Of a stretch of 41,733 nt of DNA, positions 10,132 through 22,178 are shown piece by piece; position 1 is the stretch's first letter; each line of letters starts with the position of its first letter. The stretch is from Syntrophobacterales bacterium GWC2_56_13 (lineage in GTDB: Bacteria; Desulfobacterota; Syntrophia; Syntrophales; UBA5619). The position numbers and the translations under genes were made by a program. The stretch is from contig MICJ01000069.1 in NCBI GenBank assembly GCA_001830835.1, positions 1 to 41,733 on the forward strand, written 5' to 3'. Under the pieces are notes generated by a model, which ran no database searches, was not told the origin of the DNA, and saw only the letters and a program-made list of their open reading frames with translations.

Positions 10132-10500
10132 TTATAAAACCTCGGGCGCCAGCGATATGATCTTCATGAACTGTTTTGCCCGGAGCTCCCGCGCCACCGG
10201 CCCGAAGATTCTTGTCCCGATCGGTTCCATCTGGTTCGAAATGAGGACAGCGGAATTATCATCAAATTTCAGGTAAGAGCCATCAGGCCTCCTCACCTCT
10301 TTAACGGTCCTGACGACCACCGCCTTCATCACATCGCCCTTCTTCACCTTCGAATTCGGCAGGGCCTCCTTGACAGCGATGACAATCACATCACCAAGGC
10401 TGGCATATCTTCTCTTTGAGCCTCCAAGAACCTTGATGCATGCTACTTTCTTGGCGCCGGAATTGTCCGCCACATTCAACACGGTCTGCATCTGAATCAT
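10132..10500 (-). CDS. rplN: 50S ribosomal protein L14
   Basis: [32 protein letters not shown]. Confidence 0.99.
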   Translation of the reverse strand: MIQMQTVLNVADNSGAKKVACIKVLGGSKRRYASLGDVIVIAVKEALPNSKVKKGDVMKAVVVRTVKEVRRPDGSYLKFDDNSAVLISNQMEPIGTRIFGPVARELRAKQFMKIISLAPEVL

Positions 10501-10520
10501 ATTCAATACCCCATTGCGCT

Positions 10521-10612
10521 TTAGGGAGTTAGGAGTCAGGAGTTAGGAGTTAAGAAACCAACCACCTTGCTCCGTGCTCTTTACACCTTTACTCCTTACA
10601 CCTAACGCCTTA
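10521..10612. repeat. inverted heptamer array, GGAGTTA x4 and TTACTCC-like x4 (rpsQ-rplN spacer)
   Basis: ggagtta ggagtca ggagtta ggagtta ... ttacacc ttactcc ttacacc taacgcc. Confidence 0.8.
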
Positions 10613-10619
10613 TTGCGAT

Positions 10620-10877
10620 CTACCTTGCCTTCTCCAAGATCTCCAGCATCCGCCACCGTTTATCCTTGCTCAGCGGACGCGACTCGATGATGAGAACCTT
10701 ATCCCCTATCTGACAGCGGTTTTGCTCATCATGGGCCTTATATTTCTCATAACGCTTGATGTATTTATGAAATACAGCATGCTTCACGAGTCTCTCCGCC
10801 CGCACCACGATCGTTTTGTCCATTTTATTGCTGACCACCACACCCTTGATGGTACTCTTGTTACCGCGATGCTCCAC
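10620..10877 (-). CDS. rpsQ: 30S ribosomal protein S17
   Basis: [22 protein letters not shown]. Confidence 0.98.
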   Translation of the reverse strand: MEHRGNKSTIKGVVVSNKMDKTIVVRAERLVKHAVFHKYIKRYEKYKAHDEQNRCQIGDKVLIIESRPLSKDKRWRMLEILEKAR

Positions 10878-11068
10878 TACCTTTCCTCCTTTTCGACCAG
10901 AACCGTTTTGATACGGGCGATATCCCTGCGAACCTGGCCCAACATGGCGGAAGAATCGAGCTGCCTCGCGGCATGACGAAGGCGGAGCTTGAAAAGCTCT
11001 TCCGTGAGTTCTCTATTCTTCTGCTGCAACTCACCGCTGCTAAGATCTCTGATCTCTTTAATCTTCAT
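10877..11068 (-). CDS. rpmC: 50S ribosomal protein L29
   Basis: ATG at 11068; [16 protein letters not shown]. Confidence 0.96.
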   Translation of the reverse strand: MKIKEIRDLSSGELQQKNRELTEELFKLRLRHAARQLDSSAMLGQVRRDIARIKTVLVEKEER

Positions 11069-11480
11069 CAGACATCTCCCTTGCAAGAAACTTCGTTCCG
11101 ATGGGGAGCTTATGAGCCGCCAGGATGAAGGCCTCTTTGGCGATCTCCTTTGAAACCCCCTCTATCTCATAGAGTACAACACCCGGTTTGATCACCGCCA
11201 CCCACTCTTCCGGAGCACCCTTTCCTTTTCCCATACGGGTCTCTGCTGGTTTCTTTGTCACGGACTTATGCGGGAATATCCTGATCCAGATCTTTCCGCC
11301 GCGCTTGACGTGACGAGTCATCGCCACCCGCGCCGCCTCGATCTGTCTTGCGGTAATCCAGCCGCACTCTGTTGCCTGAAGGGCATATTCGCCAAAAGCC
11401 ACGGTATTCCCCCGCGTGGCCTTTCCGCTCATACGGCCCCTTTGCAATTTTCTGAATTTTACCCTTTTCGGCATTAACAT
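11058..11480 (-). CDS. rplP: 50S ribosomal protein L16
   Basis: MLMPKR, RQIEAAR, RMGKGKG. Confidence 0.99.
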   Translation of the reverse strand: MLMPKRVKFRKLQRGRMSGKATRGNTVAFGEYALQATECGWITARQIEAARVAMTRHVKRGGKIWIRIFPHKSVTKKPAETRMGKGKGAPEEWVAVIKPGVVLYEIEGVSKEIAKEAFILAAHKLPIGTKFLAREMSDED

Positions 11481-11548
11481 CTTTTATTGCCCCTGTTCTT
11501 CCCGCTCATCCCCACGATCTCCCGGGATATCGGCCCTTCTATAAAAAC

Positions 11549-12196
11549 CTATTTTGCGATCTCTTTCTTCCCTGGCAGTACTTCCCCATGGAATATCAGT
11601 ACTTTGACACCAATGAGCCCATATGCCGTCCGGGCTTCGGTAAAACCGTAATCGACATCGGCCCTCAAGGTATGAAGGGGCACCCTGCCCTCTCGATACC
11701 ATTCCGATCTGGCCATTTCGGCGCCACCCAAACGTCCGCCGCAGTTTACTCGAATACCCTTTGCCCCGAACTTCATCGCCGCAGTGACACATTTCTTCAT
11801 CGCCCGGCGGAAAGCAACCCGTCTCTCCAACTGCTGTGCGACATTTTCGGCTATCAGTTGCGCGTCGATCTCCGGCTTGCGGACCTCAAGAATATTGATG
11901 ATCACCTCGCTTGTGGTGATCGCCTCGAGATCCTTTTTCAATTTTTCAATCTCGGATCCCTTCTTCCCAATGATGATTCCGGGGCGGGCCGCGTGGATAT
12001 TCACCTTGGCCTTATTGGCAGCCCTTTCGATTTCTATTCTGGAGATGCCGGCATGGTAAAGCTTCTCCTTGAGGAATTTTCTGATCTTGATATCCTCATG
12101 GAGCAACTCACAGTATTTCTTTTCTGAAAACCATTGTGAGCTCCACGTTTTGACACCACCCAACCTCAGCCCGATCGGGTTAACCTTTTGCCCCAA
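11549..12196 (-). CDS. rpsC: 30S ribosomal protein S3
   Basis: [28 protein letters not shown]. Confidence 0.99.
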   Translation of the reverse strand: MGQKVNPIGLRLGGVKTWSSQWFSEKKYCELLHEDIKIRKFLKEKLYHAGISRIEIERAANKAKVNIHAARPGIIIGKKGSEIEKLKKDLEAITTSEVIINILEVRKPEIDAQLIAENVAQQLERRVAFRRAMKKCVTAAMKFGAKGIRVNCGGRLGGAEMARSEWYREGRVPLHTLRADVDYGFTEARTAYGLIGVKVLIFHGEVLPGKKEIAK

Positions 12197-12215
12197 TCTG
12201 TCACCTCCTCAACTG

Positions 12216-12548
12216 TTACTGTTCATCCAGGACCACGGTGATATGACTCATCCGTTTTTTTATCGCTGCCGCCCTTCCCTGAGCCCTCGCCCTCCACCTT
12301 TTGAGCGAGGGACCCTGATCGACGAAGATCTCCTTCACGAAAAGGATTTTTTCATCGATATTAGGATTTTGCTTCGCATTGTCCAGCGCGGAATTGAGAA
12401 CCTTGCTGACGTGACCGGCCGCATATTTCCTCACGAAAAGGAGAATCTGCTTCGCTTCCTCAACCTTTTTTCCTCTAACCAGATCCACCACCAGACGCGC
12501 CTTCTGTGGCGATATCCTGATATACTTGGCAACTGCTCTTGATTCCAT
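12216..12548 (-). CDS. rplV: 50S ribosomal protein L22
   Basis: ATG at 12548; RISPQKARLV, RAQGRA, SHITVV. Confidence 0.98.
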   Translation of the reverse strand: MESRAVAKYIRISPQKARLVVDLVRGKKVEEAKQILLFVRKYAAGHVSKVLNSALDNAKQNPNIDEKILFVKEIFVDQGPSLKRWRARAQGRAAAIKKRMSHITVVLDEQ

Positions 12549-12586
12549 AACTGACTCCAAACCGCCGAGGTAAATCATCCCAGTGA

Positions 12587-12611
12587 GGGGACAGATTTCA
12601 AATCTGTCCCC
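12587..12611. repeat. REP-like 25-bp palindrome (rpsS-rplV spacer)
   Basis: GGGGACAGATTTCAAATCTGTCCCC exact. Confidence 0.92.
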
Positions 12612-12628
12612 TTCGTGCAGAAAAGCTG

Positions 12629-12910
12629 CTACTTGCGCAGCTTTGTCTTGCGGTCTCCGGCATGGCTGTAAAATGTCCTTGTTGGTGCAAATTCACCCAG
12701 CTTATGACCCACCATGTTTTCGGTCACAAAGACCGGGATGAATTTTTTCCCGTTGTGTACAGCAAAGGTCTGTCCGATCAATTCGGGGGTTACTGTAGAA
12801 CGGCGCGACCAGGTCTTGATGACCGCCTTGCTCCCCGTAGCATCCTGCCTTCTGACCTTTTCAAGAAGCCTTTCCTCAATAAATGCACCCTTCTTAATTG
12901 AACGTGCCAC
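12629..12910 (-). CDS. rpsS: 30S ribosomal protein S19
   Basis: [21 protein letters not shown]. Confidence 0.99.
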   Translation of the reverse strand: MARSIKKGAFIEERLLEKVRRQDATGSKAVIKTWSRRSTVTPELIGQTFAVHNGKKFIPVFVTENMVGHKLGEFAPTRTFYSHAGDRKTKLRK

Positions 12911-12913
12911 CTT

Positions 12914-13735
12914 TTAACCCCTTCTTTTTACAATATATTTATCGGTACTTTTATTGGTACGCGTCTTATGGCCCTTTGTCGGCACGCCCCACGGGGTACA
13001 AGGATGACGTCCCCCGGATGACTTTCCTTCACCGCCGCCCATCGGATGGTCAACCGGGTTCATGGCCACACCTCTGACCCTGGGCCGCCGCCCAAGCCAG
13101 CGTGACCGTCCCGCCTTCCCGATACTCAGGTTTTCATGATCGATATTGCCGACCTGGCCAATGGTAGCCTTGCATTCCAGGAAGACCTTTCTCACCTCGC
13201 CGGAGGGAAGACGAACCTGGGCGTAGCCTGCCTCCTTGGCCATCAGCTGCCCGTAGGCGCCCGCGGACCGGATCAGTTGACCTCCCCGACCCACCTTGAA
13301 CTCCAGATTGTGGATGAGGGTTCCCAGGGGAATATTCTTCAGAGGCACGGTATTGCCGGGTTTGATATCGGCATTTTCCCCGCTGACCACGGCATCGCCT
13401 ACCACAATCTTGGCCGGGGCTATGATATATCTCTTTTCACCGTCGATGTAATTCAGCAGGGCAATCCGCGATGATCTGTTGGGATCGTATTCGATGGCGC
13501 CTACACGAGCCTGAATATCTTCCTTGTCTCTCCTGAAATCGATCAGCCGGTACCGCCGCTTGTGCCCCCCGCCGATGTGGCGGCTGGTCATCCTTCCGTA
13601 GCTGTTGCGGCCTCCCGTTTTCTTCAGCGGACGTAAAAGACTCTTCTCCGGCTTAGCCCTGGTGACCTCTTCAAAGTCCGAACAGGTCTGAAACCTTCTT
13701 CCCGGTGACGTCGGCTTGTACTTTTTAATTCCCAT
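12914..13735 (-). CDS. rplB: 50S ribosomal protein L2
   Basis: [25 protein letters not shown]. Confidence 0.99.
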   Translation of the reverse strand: MGIKKYKPTSPGRRFQTCSDFEEVTRAKPEKSLLRPLKKTGGRNSYGRMTSRHIGGGHKRRYRLIDFRRDKEDIQARVGAIEYDPNRSSRIALLNYIDGEKRYIIAPAKIVVGDAVVSGENADIKPGNTVPLKNIPLGTLIHNLEFKVGRGGQLIRSAGAYGQLMAKEAGYAQVRLPSGEVRKVFLECKATIGQVGNIDHENLSIGKAGRSRWLGRRPRVRGVAMNPVDHPMGGGEGKSSGGRHPCTPWGVPTKGHKTRTNKSTDKYIVKRRG

Positions 13736-13763
13736 CCCCTTTATTCCCTCATCCTTAAAAAAT

Positions 13764-13817
13764 GTGAGGCGTGGGTTATGAGGCGAGAGGCGTTAAAACC
13801 TCCTTACTCCTTACTCC
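13764..13817. repeat. degenerate inverted heptamer array (rplW-rplB spacer) overlapping the rplW stop
   Basis: gtgaggc gtgggtt atgaggc gagaggc ... ttactcc ttactcc. Confidence 0.6.
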
Positions 13818-14092
13818 ATCGCTTCAATCCGGTTGCCGGGAGCCAGTGTAACAACCGCCTTCTTCCAGGAGCGCCTTTCACCCACGGTCTTTCCCGTTCT
13901 TTTTTTCTTGCCGCGGACATTCATGACCCGCACGCTCAACACCTTGACCTTGAAGAGCTTCTCAACGGCCCGACCGACTTCGATTTTGTTGGCGCCCGTG
14001 TGCACCTCAAAGTGGTACTGATTCGCAGCATCCCTGGCAACCGTGCTCTTCTCCGTGATCAGCGCCTTTCTTATGATCTGATGCAGTTCCAT
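13811..14092 (-). CDS. rplW: 50S ribosomal protein L23
   Basis: ITEKS, ANKIEV, LFKVKV, WKKAVVTL. Confidence 0.97.
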   Translation of the reverse strand: MELHQIIRKALITEKSTVARDAANQYHFEVHTGANKIEVGRAVEKLFKVKVLSVRVMNVRGKKKRTGKTVGERRSWKKAVVTLAPGNRIEAME

Positions 14093-14716
14093 TTATGATA
14101 TCAACGCCCCTTCAATTTTCTTAATAGAGGGTTCCAAAAGCACAACATGATCGAATTTCAGCAGATCGTAGACATTGATTCCTTCTGATCTGACCATCTT
14201 GACCTCCGGGATGTTTCGTGAGGACTTCTCGAGAGTCGGCTGTGCTCCGTCAATGACGAAAAGCGCCTTTTTGAATCCGAAGCGGTCTATCACCTCCTGG
14301 AATCTTTTTGTCTTGATTTCATCCATCGGGAAATCACTCAGAACTATCATCCGCTCTTCCTTGAATTTCATGCTCAAAGCAGAAATCAGCGCCAATCTTC
14401 TCACCTTCTTGGGCACTTTGAAGGCATAGCTGCGGGGTTGAGGTCCGAATACGGTTCCGCCTCCCCTCCAGAGCGGAGAGCGTGAGTGACCCGCCCTGGC
14501 ACGGCCCGTCCCCTTCTGACGCCACGGTTTTTTCCCTCCGCCGCGGATATCGCTCCTGCCCTTGGTCGAGGCCGTCCCCCTCCGCCGGAATGCCATCTGC
14601 ATCCGGACCACCTCGTAAATGGCGCTCTCATTCACCGGCGCACCAAACACAACCTCGCTCAGTTCGATCTCCGAGACCTTGTTATTTTCAATGTCGTACA
14701 CACCTGCTACTAACAT
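14093..14716 (-). CDS. rplD: 50S ribosomal protein L4
   Basis: ATG at 14716; KPWRQKGTGRARAG, WRGGG.FGP. Confidence 0.98.
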   Translation of the reverse strand: MLVAGVYDIENNKVSEIELSEVVFGAPVNESAIYEVVRMQMAFRRRGTASTKGRSDIRGGGKKPWRQKGTGRARAGHSRSPLWRGGGTVFGPQPRSYAFKVPKKVRRLALISALSMKFKEERMIVLSDFPMDEIKTKRFQEVIDRFGFKKALFVIDGAQPTLEKSSRNIPEVKMVRSEGINVYDLLKFDHVVLLEPSIKKIEGALIS

Positions 14717-14717
14717 T

Positions 14718-15374
14718 TTAACCACCTTGAGAACCCACCTGTTGACCCTTCTTGATCGCCTGCTTGATAAGGACAAACCCGTTTTTACAGCCGGGCACGG
14801 CACCCTTGACGAGGATCACATTCATTTCCGGCCTGACAGCCCATACCAACAGGTTCTGGATTGTCTTCCTTTCGCTCCCCATATGACCGGGAAGCTTTGT
14901 TCCTTTGAAAACCCTCGACGGATCGGCACTTGCACCGATGGAGCCAGGCGCCCTGTGGAACATGGAACCATGGGTCGCTCTGCCGCCGCTGAATCCATGA
15001 CGCTTTATGACACCCGCAAATCCCTTGCCCTTTGTCGTGCCGACGATGTCTACATAATCCCCGGGTTCAAACATTTCGGGTTTCAATTCGAGACCAGGCT
15101 CGCCACCCTCCATATCCATCCTGAACTCTCTGAGAATACGGAACAGCCCCTTGTCCGCCTTCCGGAAGTGTCCCTGAAGGGCCTTGGTCACATTTTTCTG
15201 CTTAATACGTCCATAACCAAGCTGAAGGGCAGCATAACCGTCCTTCTCTTTGGTTTTCTTCTGAATGATCACGGAAGGCTCCACTTCTATGACCGTCACG
15301 GGAACGGATACCCCTTCTTCCGAAAATACCTGGGTCATCCCTAATTTCTTACCGATCAGTCCTTTTGTCATCAT
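14718..15374 (-). CDS. rplC: 50S ribosomal protein L3 (start 15371-15377)
   Basis: GKKLGMTQVF, KGKGFAGVIKRHGF, HRAPGSIG. Confidence 0.98.
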   Translation of the reverse strand: MMTKGLIGKKLGMTQVFSEEGVSVPVTVIEVEPSVIIQKKTKEKDGYAALQLGYGRIKQKNVTKALQGHFRKADKGLFRILREFRMDMEGGEPGLELKPEMFEPGDYVDIVGTTKGKGFAGVIKRHGFSGGRATHGSMFHRAPGSIGASADPSRVFKGTKLPGHMGSERKTIQNLLVWAVRPEMNVILVKGAVPGCKNGFVLIKQAIKKGQQVGSQGG

Positions 15375-15454
15375 CACTCACTTTTACCAAAATAATAACC
15401 CATCCCGAAGGATGGTGAAACGGCCTGCAAAGCCATCTCGGAGATCTTCCTGTT

Positions 15455-15763
15455 CTACAACTTGATCTCGACATCCACGCCCGCAGACAGATCGAGCTTC
15501 ATCAGGGCATCCACTGTCGCCTGTGTCGGCTCGATAATGTCAATCAATCTCTTGTGCGTTCTGATCTCGAACTGCTCTCTCGATTTCTTGTCCACATGCG
15601 GCGACCGATTGACGCAGTACTTGTTGATCTCGGTCGGCAGCGGGATGGGACCGGCCACACGGGCGCCGGTCCTCTTTGCCGTCTCTACGATATCTTCCAC
15701 CGAACGGTCCAGCAGCTTATGGTCGTAGGCTTTCAGACGAATCCTTATTTTTTGATCTTTCAT
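15455..15763 (-). CDS. rpsJ: 30S ribosomal protein S10
   Basis: [29 protein letters not shown]. Confidence 0.99.
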   Translation of the reverse strand: MKDQKIRIRLKAYDHKLLDRSVEDIVETAKRTGARVAGPIPLPTEINKYCVNRSPHVDKKSREQFEIRTHKRLIDIIEPTQATVDALMKLDLSAGVDVEIKL

Positions 15764-15793
15764 GGTTTCATTCAACCTGTTTGTAATGGCAGC

Positions 15794-16987
15794 CTATTCG
15801 ATGATCTTGCTGACGACGCCGGCGCCAACCGTCCGGCCCCCTTCGCGGATAGCAAATCTGAGCTGCTCTTCCATGGCGATCGGCGTGATCAATGTCACTT
15901 CCATTTCGACATTGTCGCCGGGCATGACCATTTCCACGCCTTCCGGCAGGTTTGCGACACCGGTCACATCCGTGGTCCGGAAATAGAACTGGGGGCGATA
16001 TCCGTTGAAGAAGGGGGTATGCCGTCCGCCTTCCTCCTTCGTCAGGACGTAGACCTGCGCCTTAAACCTGGTGTGCGGCGTGATGGAACCCGGTTTGGCC
16101 ACCACCTGCCCTCTTTCCACTTCCTCGCGCTTCGTGCCCCGGAGAAGAACCCCGATGTCATCGCCGGCACGGCCTTCATCGAGCGTCTTGCGGAACATCT
16201 CGACACCGGTGCAAACGGTCTTGAAGGTCGGCCGGATCCCGATAATCTCGACTTCCTCACCCGTCCGGATAATGCCGCGATCCACACGACCCGTCACGAC
16301 TGTGCCGCGACCGGAAATGGTAAAGACATCGCCGACCGGCATGAGGAACGGCTTGTCAAGATCGCGAACCGGCACCGGGATGTAGTTATCGACGGCTTCC
16401 AGGAGCTCCCAGATGGACTTCACATCGGGAGAATTCGGATCATCGGCCTCGAGGGCCTTCAGCGCCGACCCGCGGATGATCGGGATGTCATCGCCCGGAA
16501 AATCATAAGCTGTCAGGAGTTCTCTTAGTTCGAGCTCCACCAGATCAAGCAGTTCAGGGTCATCCACGAGATCCACTTTGTTCATGTAAACCACGATATA
16601 GGGAACCTGAACCTGACGGGCAAGGAGGATGTGCTCCCGGGTCTGAGGCATGGGGCCATCGGATGCAGCAACGACGAGGATCGTGCCGTCCATGTGCGCG
16701 GCGCCGGAAATCATGTTCTTGATGTAGTCGGCGTGGCCCGGGCAGTCGACATGGGCATAGTGACGCTTTTCCGTCTGATATTCCACATGCGAGATGTTGA
16801 TGGTGACCCCTCTCTCCTTTTCTTCCGGTGCATTATCGATAGAATCGAAGGGTCTGAATTCGGCAAGTCCCTTCGTGGCCAAGTGTTTTGTGATCGCAGC
16901 GGTCAAAGTGGTCTTTCCATGATCAACGTGACCGATGGTTCCGACGTTTAGATGCGGCTTCGTCCTCTCAAATTTTTTCTTAGCCAT
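15794..16987 (-). CDS. tuf: elongation factor Tu
   Basis: [24 protein letters not shown]. Confidence 0.99.
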   Translation of the reverse strand: MAKKKFERTKPHLNVGTIGHVDHGKTTLTAAITKHLATKGLAEFRPFDSIDNAPEEKERGVTINISHVEYQTEKRHYAHVDCPGHADYIKNMISGAAHMDGTILVVAASDGPMPQTREHILLARQVQVPYIVVYMNKVDLVDDPELLDLVELELRELLTAYDFPGDDIPIIRGSALKALEADDPNSPDVKSIWELLEAVDNYIPVPVRDLDKPFLMPVGDVFTISGRGTVVTGRVDRGIIRTGEEVEIIGIRPTFKTVCTGVEMFRKTLDEGRAGDDIGVLLRGTKREEVERGQVVAKPGSITPHTRFKAQVYVLTKEEGGRHTPFFNGYRPQFYFRTTDVTGVANLPEGVEMVMPGDNVEMEVTLITPIAMEEQLRFAIREGGRTVGAGVVSKIIE

Positions 16988-17017
16988 CTCTAACCTCCTT
17001 ATACTTTGAATGGGTTG

Positions 17018-17488
17018 TCAAAACCGGTAATGGGCAAATGCCTTGTTCGCCTCGGCCATCTTGTGAACGGCCTCCCTCTTTTTGATGGCCCCGCCCCGAT
17101 TGTTCGCCGCGTCGATCAGTTCCGCCGCCAGCTTTTCCCTCATGGTTTTCTCGGAACGCTCCCGCGCGTGGGTGATCAGCCAGCGGATCCCTAGCGCCAC
17201 CCTGCGGGATGGAATAACTTCCGTCGGCACCTGGTACGTCGACCCTCCGACACGCCTTGATTTGACCTCGATGACCGGCTTCACATTATTGACTGCTTTT
17301 TCAAAAACGTCGACCGGCTGTTCCTTGACCCTCTCCTGAATGATATCGAAGGCCCCGTACAGGATTGATTCCGCAACGCTCTTTTTCCCCCTCTTCAGGA
17401 GACTGTTGATAAATCTTGCCACCAGCCTGTTATTATATTTCGGATCGGGCAAGATCTCCCTCTTGGTAACCTCTCTTCTCCTCGGCAT
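17018..17488 (-). CDS. rpsG: 30S ribosomal protein S7
   Basis: [24 protein letters not shown]. Confidence 0.99.
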   Translation of the reverse strand: MPRRREVTKREILPDPKYNNRLVARFINSLLKRGKKSVAESILYGAFDIIQERVKEQPVDVFEKAVNNVKPVIEVKSRRVGGSTYQVPTEVIPSRRVALGIRWLITHARERSEKTMREKLAAELIDAANNRGGAIKKREAVHKMAEANKAFAHYRF

Positions 17489-17502
17489 GACTCAATCCCC
17501 GC

Positions 17503-17874
17503 TCAGCTCGGCCTTTTAGCTCCGTATTTTGATCTTCCCTTTTTCCTGTCCTGTACGCCCACGGCATCGAGCGTTCCCCTGATGATGTGATACCGCACGC
17601 CGGGAAGATCCTTGACGCGGCCACCGCGAACCAGAACAACAGAATGTTCCTGAAGGTTGTGTCCCACACCCGGTATATAGGAGGTCACCTCATAACCACT
17701 GGTCAGCCGAACCCTGGCCACCTTTCTTAACGCGGAATTCGGTTTCTTGGGTGTGGACGTGTAAACCCTGACGCATACCCCCCGCCTCTGCGGCGAGCTG
17801 GCCAGCGCAGGTGTCGCCGCTTTCCTGTCGATCTTGGTTCTTCCCTTCCTAACTAACTGGTTTATCGTAGGCAT
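17503..17874 (-). CDS. rpsL: 30S ribosomal protein S12
   Basis: [22 protein letters not shown]. Confidence 0.99.
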   Translation of the reverse strand: MPTINQLVRKGRTKIDRKAATPALASSPQRRGVCVRVYTSTPKKPNSALRKVARVRLTSGYEVTSYIPGVGHNLQEHSVVLVRGGRVKDLPGVRYHIIRGTLDAVGVQDRKKGRSKYGAKRPS

Positions 17875-17937
17875 GCGTCCTCCCGCCCCCTTCTTCAGCC
17901 GTAGATTTTACCGGTGCAACAAAAGATTTATTAACTA

Positions 17938-22119
<4,182 letters not shown>

Positions 22120-22178
22120 GGATGATATCTCCTTAGTATTGACACAGAAACGAGGCCACGGGTCCCGGCCCCACGTTA

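Noticed and set aside
13762-13775. 14-mer ATGTGAGGCGTGGG also present at 31572-31585
   Set aside because: A few 14-mer matches are expected by chance in 42 kb; no extended similarity
17503-17874. Streptomycin-resistance changes in S12
   Set aside because: PKKPNS and RVKDLPG motifs are wild type
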